A program made the position numbers and the translations under genes. Of a stretch of 64,000 nt of DNA, positions 45,994-62,337 are shown in pieces. The notes beneath the pieces were generated by a model. It was not told the origin of the DNA. It ran no database searches and saw only the letters and a program-made list of their open reading frames with translations. Location of the stretch: contig OZ024749.1 in assembly GCA_964016885.1 (NCBI GenBank), forward strand, positions 4,340,001-4,404,000, in the 5' to 3' direction. The first letter of the stretch is position 1. Every line of letters starts with the position of its first letter. The stretch comes from Eledone cirrhosa. Its lineage: Eukaryota.

Positions 45994-46178
45994 TGTTTCT
46001 ACATTTGGCACAAGGCCAGCAATTATCCAGTACATTACTGGTACTTTATTTTATCGACCCCGTAAGGATGAAAGGCAAAGTTAACCTCGGCGGGATTTGA
46101 ACTCAGATCGTAAAGGGACGTAACTATGCTGGAAAGCATGGCGTCCGACTCTCTACCTATACTGCCAATCCACCGCCC
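45994..46178 (-). mobile_element. Full-length tRNA-derived SINE with 20-bp TSD
   Basis: A box tggcagtataggta and B box gagttcaaatccc; central gcctttcatcctt..ggggtcgataaaataaagtaccag block. TSD taaaatatatgtttaatatt at 45974-45993 and 46182-46201. Confidence 0.9.
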
Positions 46179-46438
46179 TTTTAAAATATATGTTTAATAT
46201 TGGGCACCTTTAAGTGTCGCAAACAATTCATTTTCGTTTATTTGTATATTTATTTTGTATCTCGCCCCTATCATTAGGACTCATATAATTTTGACTTATA
46301 TCTTTATAGTGTATATCAACTAAATGAAAATAATTGATATAAAACATTAATTCTTTAGCAATATCTTTAACATGTTTAACTATATATATTTTTGAACAAT
46401 ATTTTCAGTAACTTATTTACTATATTGCATTATTATAT

Positions 46439-46583
46439 CCTCAGCGGGATTTGAACTCCCTGTATGATCTGAGTTCAAATCCCGCCGGGGTTAACTTTGC
46501 CTTTCATCCTTACGGGGTCGATAGAATAAAGTACCAGTAATGCATTGGGTAATTGCTGGCCTTGTGCCAAAAGTAGAAACAAT
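46439..46583 (+). mobile_element. SINE lacking its 5' end, with a short inverted B-box segment
   Basis: gcgggatttgaactc...gagttcaaatcccgc hairpin followed by the SINE body. Confidence 0.8.
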
Positions 46584-47673
46584 TATTGCATTATTATATT
46601 ATATTATATATATTTCAAATGTATAACCTCATTATTGCATTATTATATTATATGTGTTTGAAAGGTATCACCTCAATTATAAACAAATAATAAACTATAA
46701 TCTTTCTATTTTTTGATCGATACATATATATAATTAAACATTCAGACATCTTTAAGTTTAGTTATAAGGCCAGTTGATACTTTAGGCAGTCTAACTATTT
46801 AACAATAAATTCTTTAATAATTATAACAATAATTATTTTACAAATTATATGATAAACACTGTTGTCAATCTTATAAATAATTTTGGTATAGATTACCTTA
46901 GTGAGGATAGAAACACATTATAGGTATTTTCCCTCTCGTGTCTCGTATATCATTAAATTTGTTTTCAAAAAATTTGAATTTTAGAAGTTATACATAATTA
47001 TATTATAATATTAATACAAATATCTATTAACTTTTAAAATCTAAAATATTATTCATTACCCTGAAATAACTTAAGTTAAATATTTTGAAAATTAACCGCC
47101 AACTATATTATTTTGGACATGTGTTACAAATATGGAAATCTTTGTATATAAACTTGAACATAAATTACTTCCCTTTGTCTCTTTCTCTCTTTAATCATAT
47201 TTCATCTGTCTTCTCAAGCCACCTACTAATGATATTATCACATTAGATATTTCTTCCTCTATGCTTTCCTTTCCCTCCTCTTTCTCCAGTAGTTTTCAAA
47301 ATAAAAAAAAATTATAACTGTTATATTGATGCTATATTTTTCTTAAACTCTATTATACGCACCCTCTCTATTGTTTGTATTATATTATCTCATCTTCTCA
47401 ATATTAGGGTATACATATTGAGTTTTGTCATAGGTTAATCACTACCATGACTAAATCTTAACCATCTAATATGTCAGGGTATGTCATATATCATTTTATT
47501 TTATCTGATGAGGACGTACTATTGAACTTAACTCAGTACCTCTGATAAATGTATAATAAAATATAATTGACCACACGAATATCCATTGTGTTAATATTTT
47601 GAATTCATATGTATATATATATATTTATATTTATATATATATATATATATAAATATATATATTTATATACGTG

Positions 47674-47808
<135 letters not shown>

Positions 47809-47811
47809 ATT

Positions 47812-47847
<36 letters not shown>

Positions 47848-47911
47848 TATATATAGATATATATATATTTATATATATAGATATATATATAGATATTTAT
47901 ATATATATATT

Positions 47912-47944
<33 letters not shown>

Positions 47945-48061
47945 TTATGTATATATATATATTTATATATATATATATTTATATATTTATATATATATAT
48001 ATGTATATATATATATTTATATATATATATTTATATATTTATATATATATATGTATATATA

Positions 48062-48147
<86 letters not shown>

Positions 48148-48210
48148 CGATATTAAACAAATGGAAACTACATTTATAAAACCATATTTATTTCATTATA
48201 TATATTTCAT

Positions 48211-49389
48211 CGAGATGACATGCTTTTACTTATTGAAAATAATAACTCTTAACTAAATAGAAAAAGAAAACAAATTATTTACTTTAATCTAAAAATAGAA
48301 ATTGAGAATAACCATAGAATAGTCAATTTCCTAGATGTAACATTAAATCTCAACACATGTCTTCACTATCCATTTCACAAGTTAAATGAAAACTTGAATT
48401 ATGTCAACTTTAACTCCAACCACCCCAGATCTGTTAAAAATACTATAGTGAACTCTGTTCAAAAACGTATCTCTAGAATCTCATCTAATAAATATATTTT
48501 CGACCAAAAAGCCCAGTATTACAATGAAGCGTTAGCTAGAGCAGGATATAGTGATAAAATTATGTACATCGGTAATAATAGACAAACTAACCAAAATAAC
48601 AACAATTTTAATTGCGGTAACAACTTTAACAACTATAATAGAAATAATTACAATAATTCCAAAAACCAAAAAAGAAATAGAACTAGAAACATAATTTGCC
48701 CCCCCCCCCCCATTTCTCACTAAACATTAAAACCCACATCGCTAAACTATTTTTTAATGCTCTTGACAAACGATTCCCTAGAACACATAAGTATCACTCA
48801 ATTTTCGATAGACATACTATAAAATTAACCTACTCGTCCACCAAAAATTTAGCACAAAATATTAATAGAATAAATAATAGGAATCTAAAACCTAGCCAAA
48901 ATAGCGATAATAGCATAAACAATATTCAAGTAAACAACTGTAACTGTAGAGATAGATCTAAATGCCCGTTAAATAACAATTGCTTAGTTAAAAAAATATA
49001 TATATATATATATGTATATAATATACAACTGTAATGTTAAAACTGACTTAAATTCTTTTAATTATGTTGGTTCCACCTCGACAGAATTTAAACTTCGCTA
49101 TAATAATCACAAGACTTCTTTCACGGATCCAAACAAAAAATCTTCAACATCACTATCAGGCTTACTCTGGCAACTTAAACATGATAACGTTGGATATTCG
49201 ATGGTTTGGAATATAGTCTCAAGAGGGATTCCCTTTAACTCCTCCTCTGAGACATGTGACCTCTGCGCGGAGGAGATATTCTTTATACTAAAATCTAAAA
49301 ATTCCCTTAAATTACGGACCAATTTATTCAGTTGCTGCAGACATAGATTGAACTCAACTTTTAAATATAAATATAAATTTAAAATGTAG
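48211..49389 (+). pseudogene. Frameshifted PLE RT-thumb and GIY-YIG ORF (Naiad-like motifs)
   Basis: RDD at 48211, then VNFLDVTLNL, SNHP, CNCRDRSKCPLNNNCL, YVGSTSTEFKLRYNNHKTSF, CDLCAEE and SCCRH across three frames. Confidence 0.88.
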
Positions 49390-50762
49390 TATATTTACTT
49401 AAGACTTTTAATTATTTTTTAATTATTTTTTAATTATTTTAGATAACTTGGCGATAAATCTTTCGATTCCTTCAATTCTTTAAACCTTCTTCATGAGTAT
49501 ATAATTAATAATGTAATTAAACTACCTTAAAATGGTGATGCTCCCAATCTATTGAATAACATTTTTAAGCTAGATAAACTTCTATAATAAATATGAGAGC
49601 ATCTGTAGAACAACCAGGTATCCTAAAGTTTTTTTTTTTTTTTTTTTTTTTTTAAATGACTTTTGCTGAATAAGTTTGGTGAATAATTTTGGTTTTGTTT
49701 GCTTTTGATTCTGATTGCTTCTAATGAACTTGGCAATATATTGTCAAATAAATTGGAAGGATTGATTGATATGCGGGGCACACTGTGTTTTATTACGGCC
49801 CTAGATATTCTGGGGAGTGAAATATTCTTGGCGTTTTTAATATTTTAATATATTGATATCTGTTCTATTCTATGCTTGAACGATATTCATGTAAGAGAGG
49901 GCAAGAATATTATTATTATTATTAATAATGTATATTTTATGTATATATATATATGTATGTACATATATGTATGGTAAAATCTATTTTAACGCAATGAAGA
50001 TTTTCATGTGAAATAAAAATTTACAGAGCTGATCACGTAAACTCACATATGTCTATAATGTCAATTTGAGATAACCTTCTCTTTTTCTTTCTCTTTTTTC
50101 TTTTTCTCTTTTTTCTTGAAAATACATATATACTGATGTATTTTAGTATTTTTTTTGAACTTTTATCTCAGATTTTGATTATAAACCTAAGAATTTTTAA
50201 ACTAAACATATAGTCATTATTTTTTCACACATTTTTGATATGTGTCTCATACATGAATATTGATATTTACATTATAATGCATAGGAATTGATAGACTGAT
50301 GAAACATAATATTTTAAAACTATCATTTTTATTTCTAAGTATATCGCCTCTCCTCCTCCCTCTACACTTGACGGGACTTATGTATCGGCTGTTTTAACTC
50401 TATCTCCTGTATCTCACCCCTCCCCTATCTCTCCCACCTCGTATAATAGATATTACTCGATCTACCTCTCCTTATTTATATTTGTTTTTGTATTTGTTTC
50501 TCCCCGTATCCTTAACACTAAATAAATAAATAAATAAATAAATAATTACAGTACCCCCTTCCCTCATAAATCTCTCATTTGGTGTTTTTCTCTTTACATA
50601 CATTTCTTCATCTTCTTCACCTTCCGCTCTTTCTTTTTTCTTTTTTCTCCGTCTTTCTTTCTAACCGTCCTTAACATTTTCACTACCATAACAACTTTTT
50701 AAATGGAAGTTGTAAATTTTTTAAGGTATGTCAAATTTATTTATAAAACTGTTTATATATTG

Positions 50763-50828
50763 TATTTTATCTGAAGAGGGCATACCATATTTTTAATATG
50801 ATATCCCTGAAATATATATAATGAAATA
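50763..50828 (+). ncRNA. Type I hammerhead, family A
   Basis: tattttat-CTGAAGA-GGG..CCCT-GAAA-TATATA-TA-atgaaata. Confidence 0.75.
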
Positions 50829-50955
50829 AATATGGTTTTATAAATGTAGTTTCCATTTGTTTTATATCGTAAAATACTCCAAAACCTGTTGAGTGCTTTT
50901 ATATCAGTTATAAAATATTTACTCGTTGTAACCCAACAATTTTAAATAAAACTTT

Positions 50956-53080
<2,125 letters not shown>

Positions 53081-53991
53081 TATCTATATATATATATATG
53101 AGTATATATTTTCCAATTTATTTCCCGTAAATTAATCTTCATGAGAAAGTAGACAGATAGATAGCGAGATAGAGAGTAAGAGAGGTATAGCAAGGGTGCG
53201 GCGAAGCTAGATAAAGAATTAGAATATAACAGAAAAGAAAAAGCAGTAAAAGACATGAGACATTGAGATCTAGAATTATTCTAAACGTTGTATTAAATGT
53301 TTAAAATCATAAGTAATCGACATTTGAATAGATTGTAATAAAAGTCTTTAATCGATGCTTGGTGAATTTGAAAGCAAGGCGGCGGCATGGCCAGTCTTTA
53401 CGGCCGCACGAATATCGGGTGATTAATGAAGCCTTAAAATAAAATTGAAGAACAGCAATATTTGATATGAGGTTAATAATAAAAACAATTTACTTTCAAT
53501 TTCCATTCTGAAGTAGAAGAATATCTACTAAAAGTTGAAGTTCAGTACTCGTATAGGGATATAAGTTCACAGCTGTAAACAATTCGCCATTATAAAGACG
53601 GTCTATTTTACAATATAAACAGCGAAACTGTACAACAATAATTGAACGTATAATAATAAAAGCTCATATATCGACGAATGGGTTTCCTTTAATCGTATAA
53701 TAATTTATATTATTGCCCACGACGACGACCAGCAGCACCACCACCCTCTCTCTCTTAAGGCAAAATAAAAATGGAAATTACAACGTAGTCATCTGTTAAT
53801 CGGGTTATAGCTCTTATTGTAACTCTTATATTATAAATATAAATATATATTTCCGTTCTCCCTCATGTCATGTAAAAACAATGAAAATATTTCCAGCGTG
53901 ATAATATTATTTGGAGACCTACAATGCCTAAATTACTAGCTTATGAGACATTGATGAAATGTTAGTTTACTTTTCGGTTTTGTGAATTATC

Positions 53992-54312
53992 TGAGAGCAT
54001 ATGGAAACAAGGAGTTGATCTAGATAGCACTAAACATTACCATCTACAAAGATACATATTTGATAGATGAAGGCTGTTTCGATAAAACTCTATAACTTAA
54101 GTAAATATAGGTTACATATCTCCCAGAGAGTATATATGTATATATATATATTTATATATATAAATATATATATATATATACCCTCTGGGAGATATGTAAC
54201 CTATATTTATTTAAGTTATAGTGTTTTATCGAAACAGCCTTCATCTATCAATTATGTATCTTTGAGATGGTAATGTTTAGTGGTAACTAGATCAACTCCT
54301 TGTTTCCATATA

Positions 54313-54318
<6 letters not shown>
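53992..54318. repeat. Fold-back palindrome (~140-bp arms) with a TA-microsatellite loop
   Basis: tgagagcatatggaaacaaggagttgatctag...ctcccagag and ctctgggag...ctagatcaactccttgtttccatatactctca. Confidence 0.88.
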
Positions 54319-54369
<51 letters not shown>

Positions 54370-54579
54370 TTTCTGAATTTTTTTAGCAAGATTCTTTATC
54401 TGAAATCGTGTGTTGAAATCGATATTGTTATACTTTGGGAGGGTCATGTTGCCAATACGAAACACACGCACCAGTTGCTTTCACTTCAATTTATTATAAT
54501 AAATATATAATCAATTTCGAAATTTATAAATTTATGGTTGGTTGGTTGGTTCCACAATCAGATAGTTGTCTATATATAT

Positions 54580-54922
<343 letters not shown>

Positions 54923-55267
54923 TTGCGAGGTTTTTTATATGAAATAGTGTGTCGAAATAAATATTGTTATACTTGAGGAGGGTCATATTTGTGTAATATT
55001 GACAGAATTAATAACAGAACACACTCACTGTTTGATTGGTTTTCGCTTCTCGCTTCTGTGTCTTTTATATCGGTAATCTAACTTACTCGGTCCTCAATGT
55101 TACCATTGACTGACCGACGGTCAAAAATAATACGGATACAATATAGACACAAACACATGTATATATAGTTTATAATAAATCTTTCGTTGCACGCCTGCAA
55201 CATCGTCAGTGGTGTTATATCTTCCTCCTGTTGCATTGTATGTCTACACCATATATAGGTATATATA

Positions 55268-55335
<68 letters not shown>

Positions 55336-55554
55336 TATACATATATATATATATATATTTACATATTTATACATATATATATATATACATATATACATAT
55401 ATATATACATATATATATATATATACATATATATACATATATATATATATATATACATATATATACATATATACATATATATATTCATATATATATAATA
55501 TATATTTATATATATATACATATTTATATATTTATATATATATACATATTTATA

Positions 55555-55608
<54 letters not shown>

Positions 55609-55609
55609 C

Positions 55610-55641
<32 letters not shown>

Positions 55642-55643
55642 AC

Positions 55644-55688
<45 letters not shown>

Positions 55689-55701
55689 ATATATATATAT
55701 T

Positions 55702-55864
<163 letters not shown>

Positions 55865-55865
55865 T

Positions 55866-55897
<32 letters not shown>

Positions 55898-55980
55898 TAT
55901 ATGTATATATATATTTATATATATATATACATATATATACATATATATATATGTATATATATATTTATATATATATATAC

Positions 55981-56028
<48 letters not shown>

Positions 56029-56148
56029 AAATATATTTATATATATATATATATATATACATATATATATGTATATATATATTTATATATATATATACAT
56101 ATATATACATATATATATATGTATATATATATTTATATATATATATAC

Positions 56149-56194
<46 letters not shown>

Positions 56195-56221
56195 AAATAT
56201 ATTTATATATATATATAAATA

Positions 56222-56306
<85 letters not shown>

Positions 56307-56309
56307 TTA

Positions 56310-57786
56310 AGTGTCTTCACATGTCCACTGAGGCACATGCAAATAACTGTTTCTACTATTGGCACAAGGCCAGAAACCCCCAGTACATTACTGGTACTTT
56401 ATTTTATCGACCCCGTAAGGATGAAAGGCAAATTTAACCTCGGCGGGATTAACTTTGCCTTGCAAATAAGGCACATGCAAATATCGAAGCCAGAGGAGTT
56501 CTTTGATGCCACAACACTACATCAAGAAATGGCAACCATCAACCACATAGACATAACGGAGGAGGATGTGGTGTACGCCATTGATGAAATTAGAACAGAC
56601 TCGGCATAACTGGAAAAGTAGGTGAGTGGCTGCATGGCTTCCTAGGGGACAGAAGCCAGGCAGTCGCAGGAAATGGGGCCCTCTCGAGGGAAACACCGAT
56701 AACAAGTGGGGTGCCCCAGGGGACAGTCCTGGGACCACTACTGTTTTTGGTGGCTCTCTCGAACATGCCCTCTGTGGTACATGCAACAACATCCCTCACT
56801 AGCTATGCTGATGACACTAAGGTAGCACAGGCAATCAAAAACCAGGCTGACGCTGCCCTCTTAAAGCAGGATCTGGATGCCATATACAGATGGGCGGAAG
56901 AAAACAACATGCAGTTTAATGCTGGCAAATTCCAAGCCCTACAATACAAACCTGCTAACACAAACACAAATATAGCGGAACACAGCTACACAGGACCAGG
57001 AGTGACCGATATCCCCGTGTCAAAATCGATACGAGACCTGGGCATAGACATGAGCGATGATGCATCGTTTTCATCACACATCATGAAGGTGGCGACAACA
57101 TGTAGACAATTCGCTGGCTGGATCTTGAGGACTTTCCTTACAAGAGATCGAGACACCATGTTGACACTGTGGAGGACTTTTGTCCTAAGCCGCCTGGACT
57201 ACTGCTCCCAGCTGTGGTCACCCCATAGTGTCAAACTAACCACGGAGCTTGAGGCAATCCAGCGACGCTACACCAAGAGGATTGCCAAGATGAGGGAGAC
57301 AAGCTACTGGGAGAGGCTAAAGGAGCTGAACCTCTACTCCTTGGAGCGATGACGGGAGAGATACGCAGTGATCTACATGTGGAAAATCCTGGAGGGACTA
57401 GCACCAAACTTTGGCATTGGGTGCTGGACCAACCGTCGAACAGGACGTCACTGTGTGGTGCCAAGGGTCCCGTCTTCCACATCTAGAATAAGGAGCAGGT
57501 ATTGCAATAGCCTGGGATTCAAGGGCCCTCAACTCTTCAACAGGCTGCCGAGGCATCTGCGAGACTTACATGACGTGGAGGTGGATGTCTTTAAGAAACA
57601 TCTCGACACCTTGTTATCCAGGATCCCGGATGAGCCCACAGCAGGTCACGAGGGAAACCTAAGGGCAGCAGCAACAAACTCCCTCCTACACCAGTGGCCA
57701 ACCTATACAGGCTGGAGATAAAATGTGTAGCAACAAGGGCGGTGCCCCAGCATGGCCTCAGCCGGATGGCTGAAACAGGTAAAAGA
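56310..57786 (+). mobile_element. CR1/L2-type non-LTR retrotransposon, 3' part, with internal deletion, premature stop and nested SINE
   Basis: SVFT motif at about 56310; jump at about 56603 to [12 protein letters not shown]; then SGVPQGTVLGPLLF, YADDTK, MQFNAGK, DLGI, SRLDYCSQLWSP and LYSLER*RERY (TGA at 57350). The ORF ends at 57721 and the tail is GTAAAAGA. Confidence 0.9.
56346..56468 (-). mobile_element. 5'-truncated SINE inserted in the LINE ORF, with 15-bp TSD
   Basis: TSD aggcacatgcaaata at 56331-56345 and 56469-56483. Confidence 0.85.
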
Positions 57787-59058
57787 GGCAGAGCTCAAGC
57801 CGTTTCGACGGCTAATTCTGGACTAAATGAGAATGTTTAGCCTTGTAAATAAATAGCCGAACTTCTCAGGGAGTAATTCCTTATATGGGAAGATAGTAAT
57901 TGTCAAAAGGATTGGTCAAAAATGTGTTGTAAAGACAAAGGATTCTATCATGGCATTTGGTGGAGGAAAGGGGTAGCTGAACTTGCCGGTAGAACAATGA
58001 GGGAGTGGAGGAAACCCATTCAAGCGTTGAAAGTGAAATCTATACAGCAGATTCTAATGATAGTGTATAGAAGGTCGAGCAAAGTGTACTGAAGAAGGGT
58101 AGGGGGATTGAAAGAATAGGTAAATCGAAAGGGAGTAAACAACGAAACCATTATAAAAATAAGGAAATAAATATATAAAAAAACAATTTCTGGTTACTAC
58201 TCCCCTTCCACAATCAGAAAATCTCTCATTGGTATTGCTAAGCTATAGAAAAGATTAATAGGTGGAGAAAAATACTAAATAGGAGATTGTATTGAAAGAA
58301 TTTTATGAAGCCGGCTTTATGTGGGGTCTAACACCACTGCTATAGTTAGTTAGTAATCAACCAATGCTATCTTACAATGACAGGTTAAAAACAAAATTAC
58401 TAAACTACTACTACAAAAATACTAATACGAAATATTAATTCAGAATACTAATACAGAAATACTAATACAAGGATACTAATACAAAAATACCACTAAGAAA
58501 TTTAGAAATCACAGAAATGGAGCAGCAACCGGAAATAAAACAATTTACTGGGGTCTAACACATCTGCTGTAAAAAGCGTAATCGGACAAAATATCTTAAC
58601 ATTATGGGGGTGGAGGTACTGAGGCTACAGAGGACCGATGGGCCGCATCTGGGTAGGTGAAAAGGTGAAAAAATGACAAAGAAGGAGATCTGGGGTGGAA
58701 GGACTAGGAAGAGATGGGGGGAACAAATAAAAAATAAAATATTTACGTCTACCTTTGTAAGCAAGGGTTACCCCTTGTAAAATGGGCAAGTGGGGAATTT
58801 CAGCCCTTGTCTCACCCCCACCCCCACCCCCGGGCGCCATTATGGTGTATGAGGGCGAGGTAACTCCTACGCAATCTGTGTTTGGCATGCAGTTACCAGT
58901 TCATTTTTCTTGTTTAGGAGCTGGTCCTTTGAAAACAGCATTTGTAATGTTTCCTCTGAGCATAAGTAACACGGACATCGTCCTCCCGTGTAAGCTCCAA
59001 GTAAGATTGTAGGTTATATTATTATCTTTGAGGTCCCAGATATGGTCCGAAAGTGTAG

Positions 59059-59697
59059 GCTCATCGAAAAACACTTCCCACCCCAACACCGCTACCACAA
59101 CATAATCAACAAAAACACCATACCTATCTTCGCACAAAACATCGTCTCCTCTAACAACAAAAAACTCAACCTCTATGGAAGAAATATCCTAGACAGAAGT
59201 GAAGAGCCGACCAGGAGGTGTAACTGTTCTGATAGATACCTTTGCCCCCTCAACAACAGATGCCGAGATTGTAATGTGATCTAGCAGTGCAACGTGAGGA
59301 CGGACACCTCCACAAAGCTTATATAGGATTAACAGCTTGTGACTTCAAGACCCGGCTCTACCTACACCGACATACTTTCCGAAACCCGGCCCGGCGTCAT
59401 GCCACTACACTTTTGGGCCACATCTGGGGACTCAAAGATAATATAACCTACAATCTCACTTGGATCTTACTGTCCAGAGCTAACTCTTACACGGGAGGAC
59501 GCCGTCCGTGTAACTTATGCTCAGAGGAAACATTACAAATGCTGTTTTCAAGGGACCAACTCCTAAACAAGAAAGACGAACTGGTAACTGCATACAAACA
59601 CAGATTGCGTAGGACTTACCTCGCCCTCAAACCCCATAATGAACTCGGGAGTAGACAAGGGCTGAAACAGCCCACTTGCAGATTTTGTAAGAGGTAA
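59059..59697 (+). pseudogene. Disrupted PLE GIY-YIG endonuclease region (Naiad-like motifs)
   Basis: KHFPPQHRYHNIINKNT, CNCSDRYLCPLNNRC, YIGLTACDFKTRLYLHRHTF, CNLCSEE and LLNKKDEL, with a stop and a frameshift. Confidence 0.85.
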
Positions 59698-60587
59698 CCT
59701 CTGCTTACAAAAGCAGACGTAAATATTTTATATTTTCCTTCTTCCCCATCTCTTCCTAGTCCTACCACCCAGATCTCCTCCCTTATCTTTTTTTCACCTT
59801 TTCGCCTACCCCGATGCAGCCCATCGGTCCTCTGTAGCTTCAGTACCCCCACCCCCTAATTTTAAGCTAAAATTGGCCGATTACGGTCTTTACAGCAGAT
59901 GTATTAGACCCCAGTAAATTGTTTTCTTTCTGGTTACAGCTCCATTTCTGTGATTTCTAAATTTGTTAGTGGTATTTTTGTATTAGTATCCTTGTATTAG
60001 TATTTCTGTATTACTATTCTGAATTAATATTTCGTATTATTATTTTTGTAGTAGTAATTTAGTCATTTTGTTTTTTAACCTGTCATTGTAAGATAGCATT
60101 GGTTGATTACTAACTAACTATAGCAATGGTGTTAGCCACCCCCCCCCCCCCGTAAAGCCGGCTTTAGAAAATTCTTTCAATACAATCTCCTATTTAGTAT
60201 TTTTCTCCACCTATTAAACTTTTCTATAGCTTAGCAATACCAATGAGAGTTTGTGGAAGGGGAGTAGTAACCAGAAATTGTTTTTTACATATTTATTTCC
60301 TTATTTTCATAATGGTTTCGTTGTTTACTCCCTTTCGATTTACCTATTCTTTCAATCCCCCTACCCTTCACCAGTACACTTTTCTCGACCTTCTAAACAC
60401 TATCCTTAGAATTTGCTGTATAGATTTCACTTTCAACGCTTGAATGGGTTTCCTTCACTCCCTCTTTATTCTACCGGCAAGTTCAGCTACCCTACCTCCC
60501 ACCAAATGCCATGATAGAAGCATCTGTCTTTACAACAAATTTCTGACCAATCCTTTTGACAATTACTATCTTCGCATATGAGGAATT

Positions 60588-60683
60588 ACCCCCTGAAAAG
60601 TTCGGCTATTTATTTACAAGGCTAAACATTCTTATTTGGTCAAGAATTAGCCGTCGAAACGGCTTGAGCTCTGCCGTCGGTGT
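60588..60683 (+). ncRNA. Hammerhead-like motif with non-canonical core, family J (also 60931-61026 (-) and 57787-57874 (-))
   Basis: acccc-CTGA(A/G)AA-..CGGCTA..TAGCCG-TC-GAAA-CGGC..GCCG-TC-gg(g/t)gt. Confidence 0.55.
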
Positions 60684-60865
60684 CATACTTGTTCCTATTA
60701 CCCACTCTACTACCCTAAGTATTGAGTACTTTGGTGCGTTATGGTCCATCTGGTTCCTTACCACATTTCCTTGGTTATATATATATATATATTGTAATAA
60801 TAATAAATTTGAAGACTAAGGGTGAAAGCAGCAATTCATTGCTTAAACTTTAATCTGTTATTTTA

Positions 60866-60918
<53 letters not shown>

Positions 60919-60920
<2 letters not shown>

Positions 60921-61700
60921 AGCGAGAAGGACCCCGACGGGTGAGCTCAAGCTGTTTCGACGGCTAATTCTTGACTAAATGAAAATGTTTATCCCGGTAT
61001 ATGAATAGCCGAGATTCTCAGGGGGTAATTCCATATATGGTAAAACTGATTGTCACAAGGATTGGTCAAAAGTCATTTGTTGAGACACATAATTCTATCA
61101 TGGCAATTTGTGGAAGGAAGGGATAGCTGAACCTGCCAGTAGAAGAAAGAGGGAGAGGGGGTGGAGGAAACCCGGTCGTGCGTTGATAGTGCCAACTACA
61201 GCAGGGCATGAGGTCAAGGAAGTATACTAGAGAGGGGGAGGGGGAGGAAGTCTAAACAAAAAGTAAAACAATATGGGGTAAAAATATAGAAGAATACCGA
61301 GAATGTTAAAAAAAAACAATTAAATATAAAAAAAAAACATTACTGGTTACTATTCCCCAACGACAGCCATGAAGTCTCTCACTGGTACTGCTAGACTATA
61401 GAAAAGTTTACTAGGTGGGACGGAATTATAATGATACCCTTTTAAGAGGTAGTAGTAATCAACCGAGTATATCTTACGGTGACGGGTCAACAACTGGGGG
61501 GGGGGGCCAAAATACTAAAGAAACTACCACGAAATAATAATTCAGAGTCCCGAGACTAATACGAAATAAAGGTTTCTACCCCAGGCACAAGGCCAGGAAC
61601 CACCCAGTGCAAACAATAAACTAATACGAAATAATAAATCAGAATCCCGAAAAAGAATACTAATACTATCTCTAAAGATGCCGCTACGATACAAAAATTC
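60919..61700 (-). mobile_element. Older, diverged 3' UTR/pLTR of the family J PLE; short SINE 3' fragment at 61571-61619 with TSD actaatacgaaataa
   Basis: Colinear similarity to 57787-58480. TSD at 61555-61569 and 61620-61634. Confidence 0.7.
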
Positions 61701-61820
61701 TAGTGCAAACTACATAAATGCTCGTATATGAAAAATTTGATACGGAAAATTAATTATTACCAGTAAGAGAAATAGCTCAATGTAAGAACATTAGGTGTTT
61801 TACAGAGCAGGAATATAAAT

Positions 61821-62337
61821 TACACAATTATCAAAGTTATGTTAAAATCATTTTATTGCTGACAATCGTTTCTTCCAAACGTTCGTTTGGTTCATCGGAG
61901 CATTAGCAATGTTTGTATATATAAGTAACTTCCTATTCAACTGAACAATCATATAGATACATATATATTGATGTTGTAAACAACACTTTCATATTTACAG
62001 GGTGGAATGGATGCGACAGTTATTATACGAGAATTGTACCATAATTAAAATTAAAATTAAAAGCACAGAGTGGAATACATGCAACAGATAATAAAAGTCT
62101 AATAATTAAAGAGGCATTGAGGAAGAATGAGGACTCTAGCAGTACACATGCAAGCGTTGTAAATATGAAACTGTTGTTTACAACATCAATATATATGTAT
62201 CTATATGATTGTTCAGTTGAATAGGAGGTTATTTATATGTACAAACATTGCTAATGCTCCGATGACTCCAACCGGAAGTTTGGAAGAAACGAATGTCAGC
62301 AATAAAATGATTTGAACATAACTTTGACAATTGTGTA
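61821..62337. repeat. Inverted repeat (arms 61821-61999 and 62158-62337) with family E HHRs at 61857-61902 (-) and 62255-62301 (+)
   Basis: Both arms read tgct-CCGATGA-..CCAA..TTGGAA-GAAA-CGA(A/T)TG-TC-agca. Confidence 0.8.

Larger units (their letters stand above)
44099..47606. mobile_element. Non-coding ~3.5-kb inverted-repeat element (arms 44099-45336 and 46378-47606) with an HHR near each outer end
   Basis: The arms are diverged reverse complements and both carry a SINE at the equivalent site. The spacer has a tandem duplication (45394-45661/45662-45897) and (TAATA)n. Confidence 0.85.
48146..50955 (+). mobile_element. Penelope-like element: 64-bp inverted pLTR piece, truncated ORF, 3' UTR and family A pLTR
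   Basis: 48146-48209 is the reverse complement of 50808-50871. The ORF remnant spans 48211-49389 and the HHR 50763-50828. Both ends lie in (TA)n. Confidence 0.85.
57787..60776 (+). mobile_element. Penelope-like element with 5' inversion (arms 57787-59058 and 59405-60675)
   Basis: The left arm is the diverged reverse complement of the GIY-YIG end plus 3' UTR. The terminal segment also occurs at 26164-26270. Confidence 0.88.

Noticed and set aside
45994-46178. tRNA gene
   Set aside because: A/B boxes are present, but there is no cloverleaf, and the multi-copy body, tail and TSD identify a SINE.
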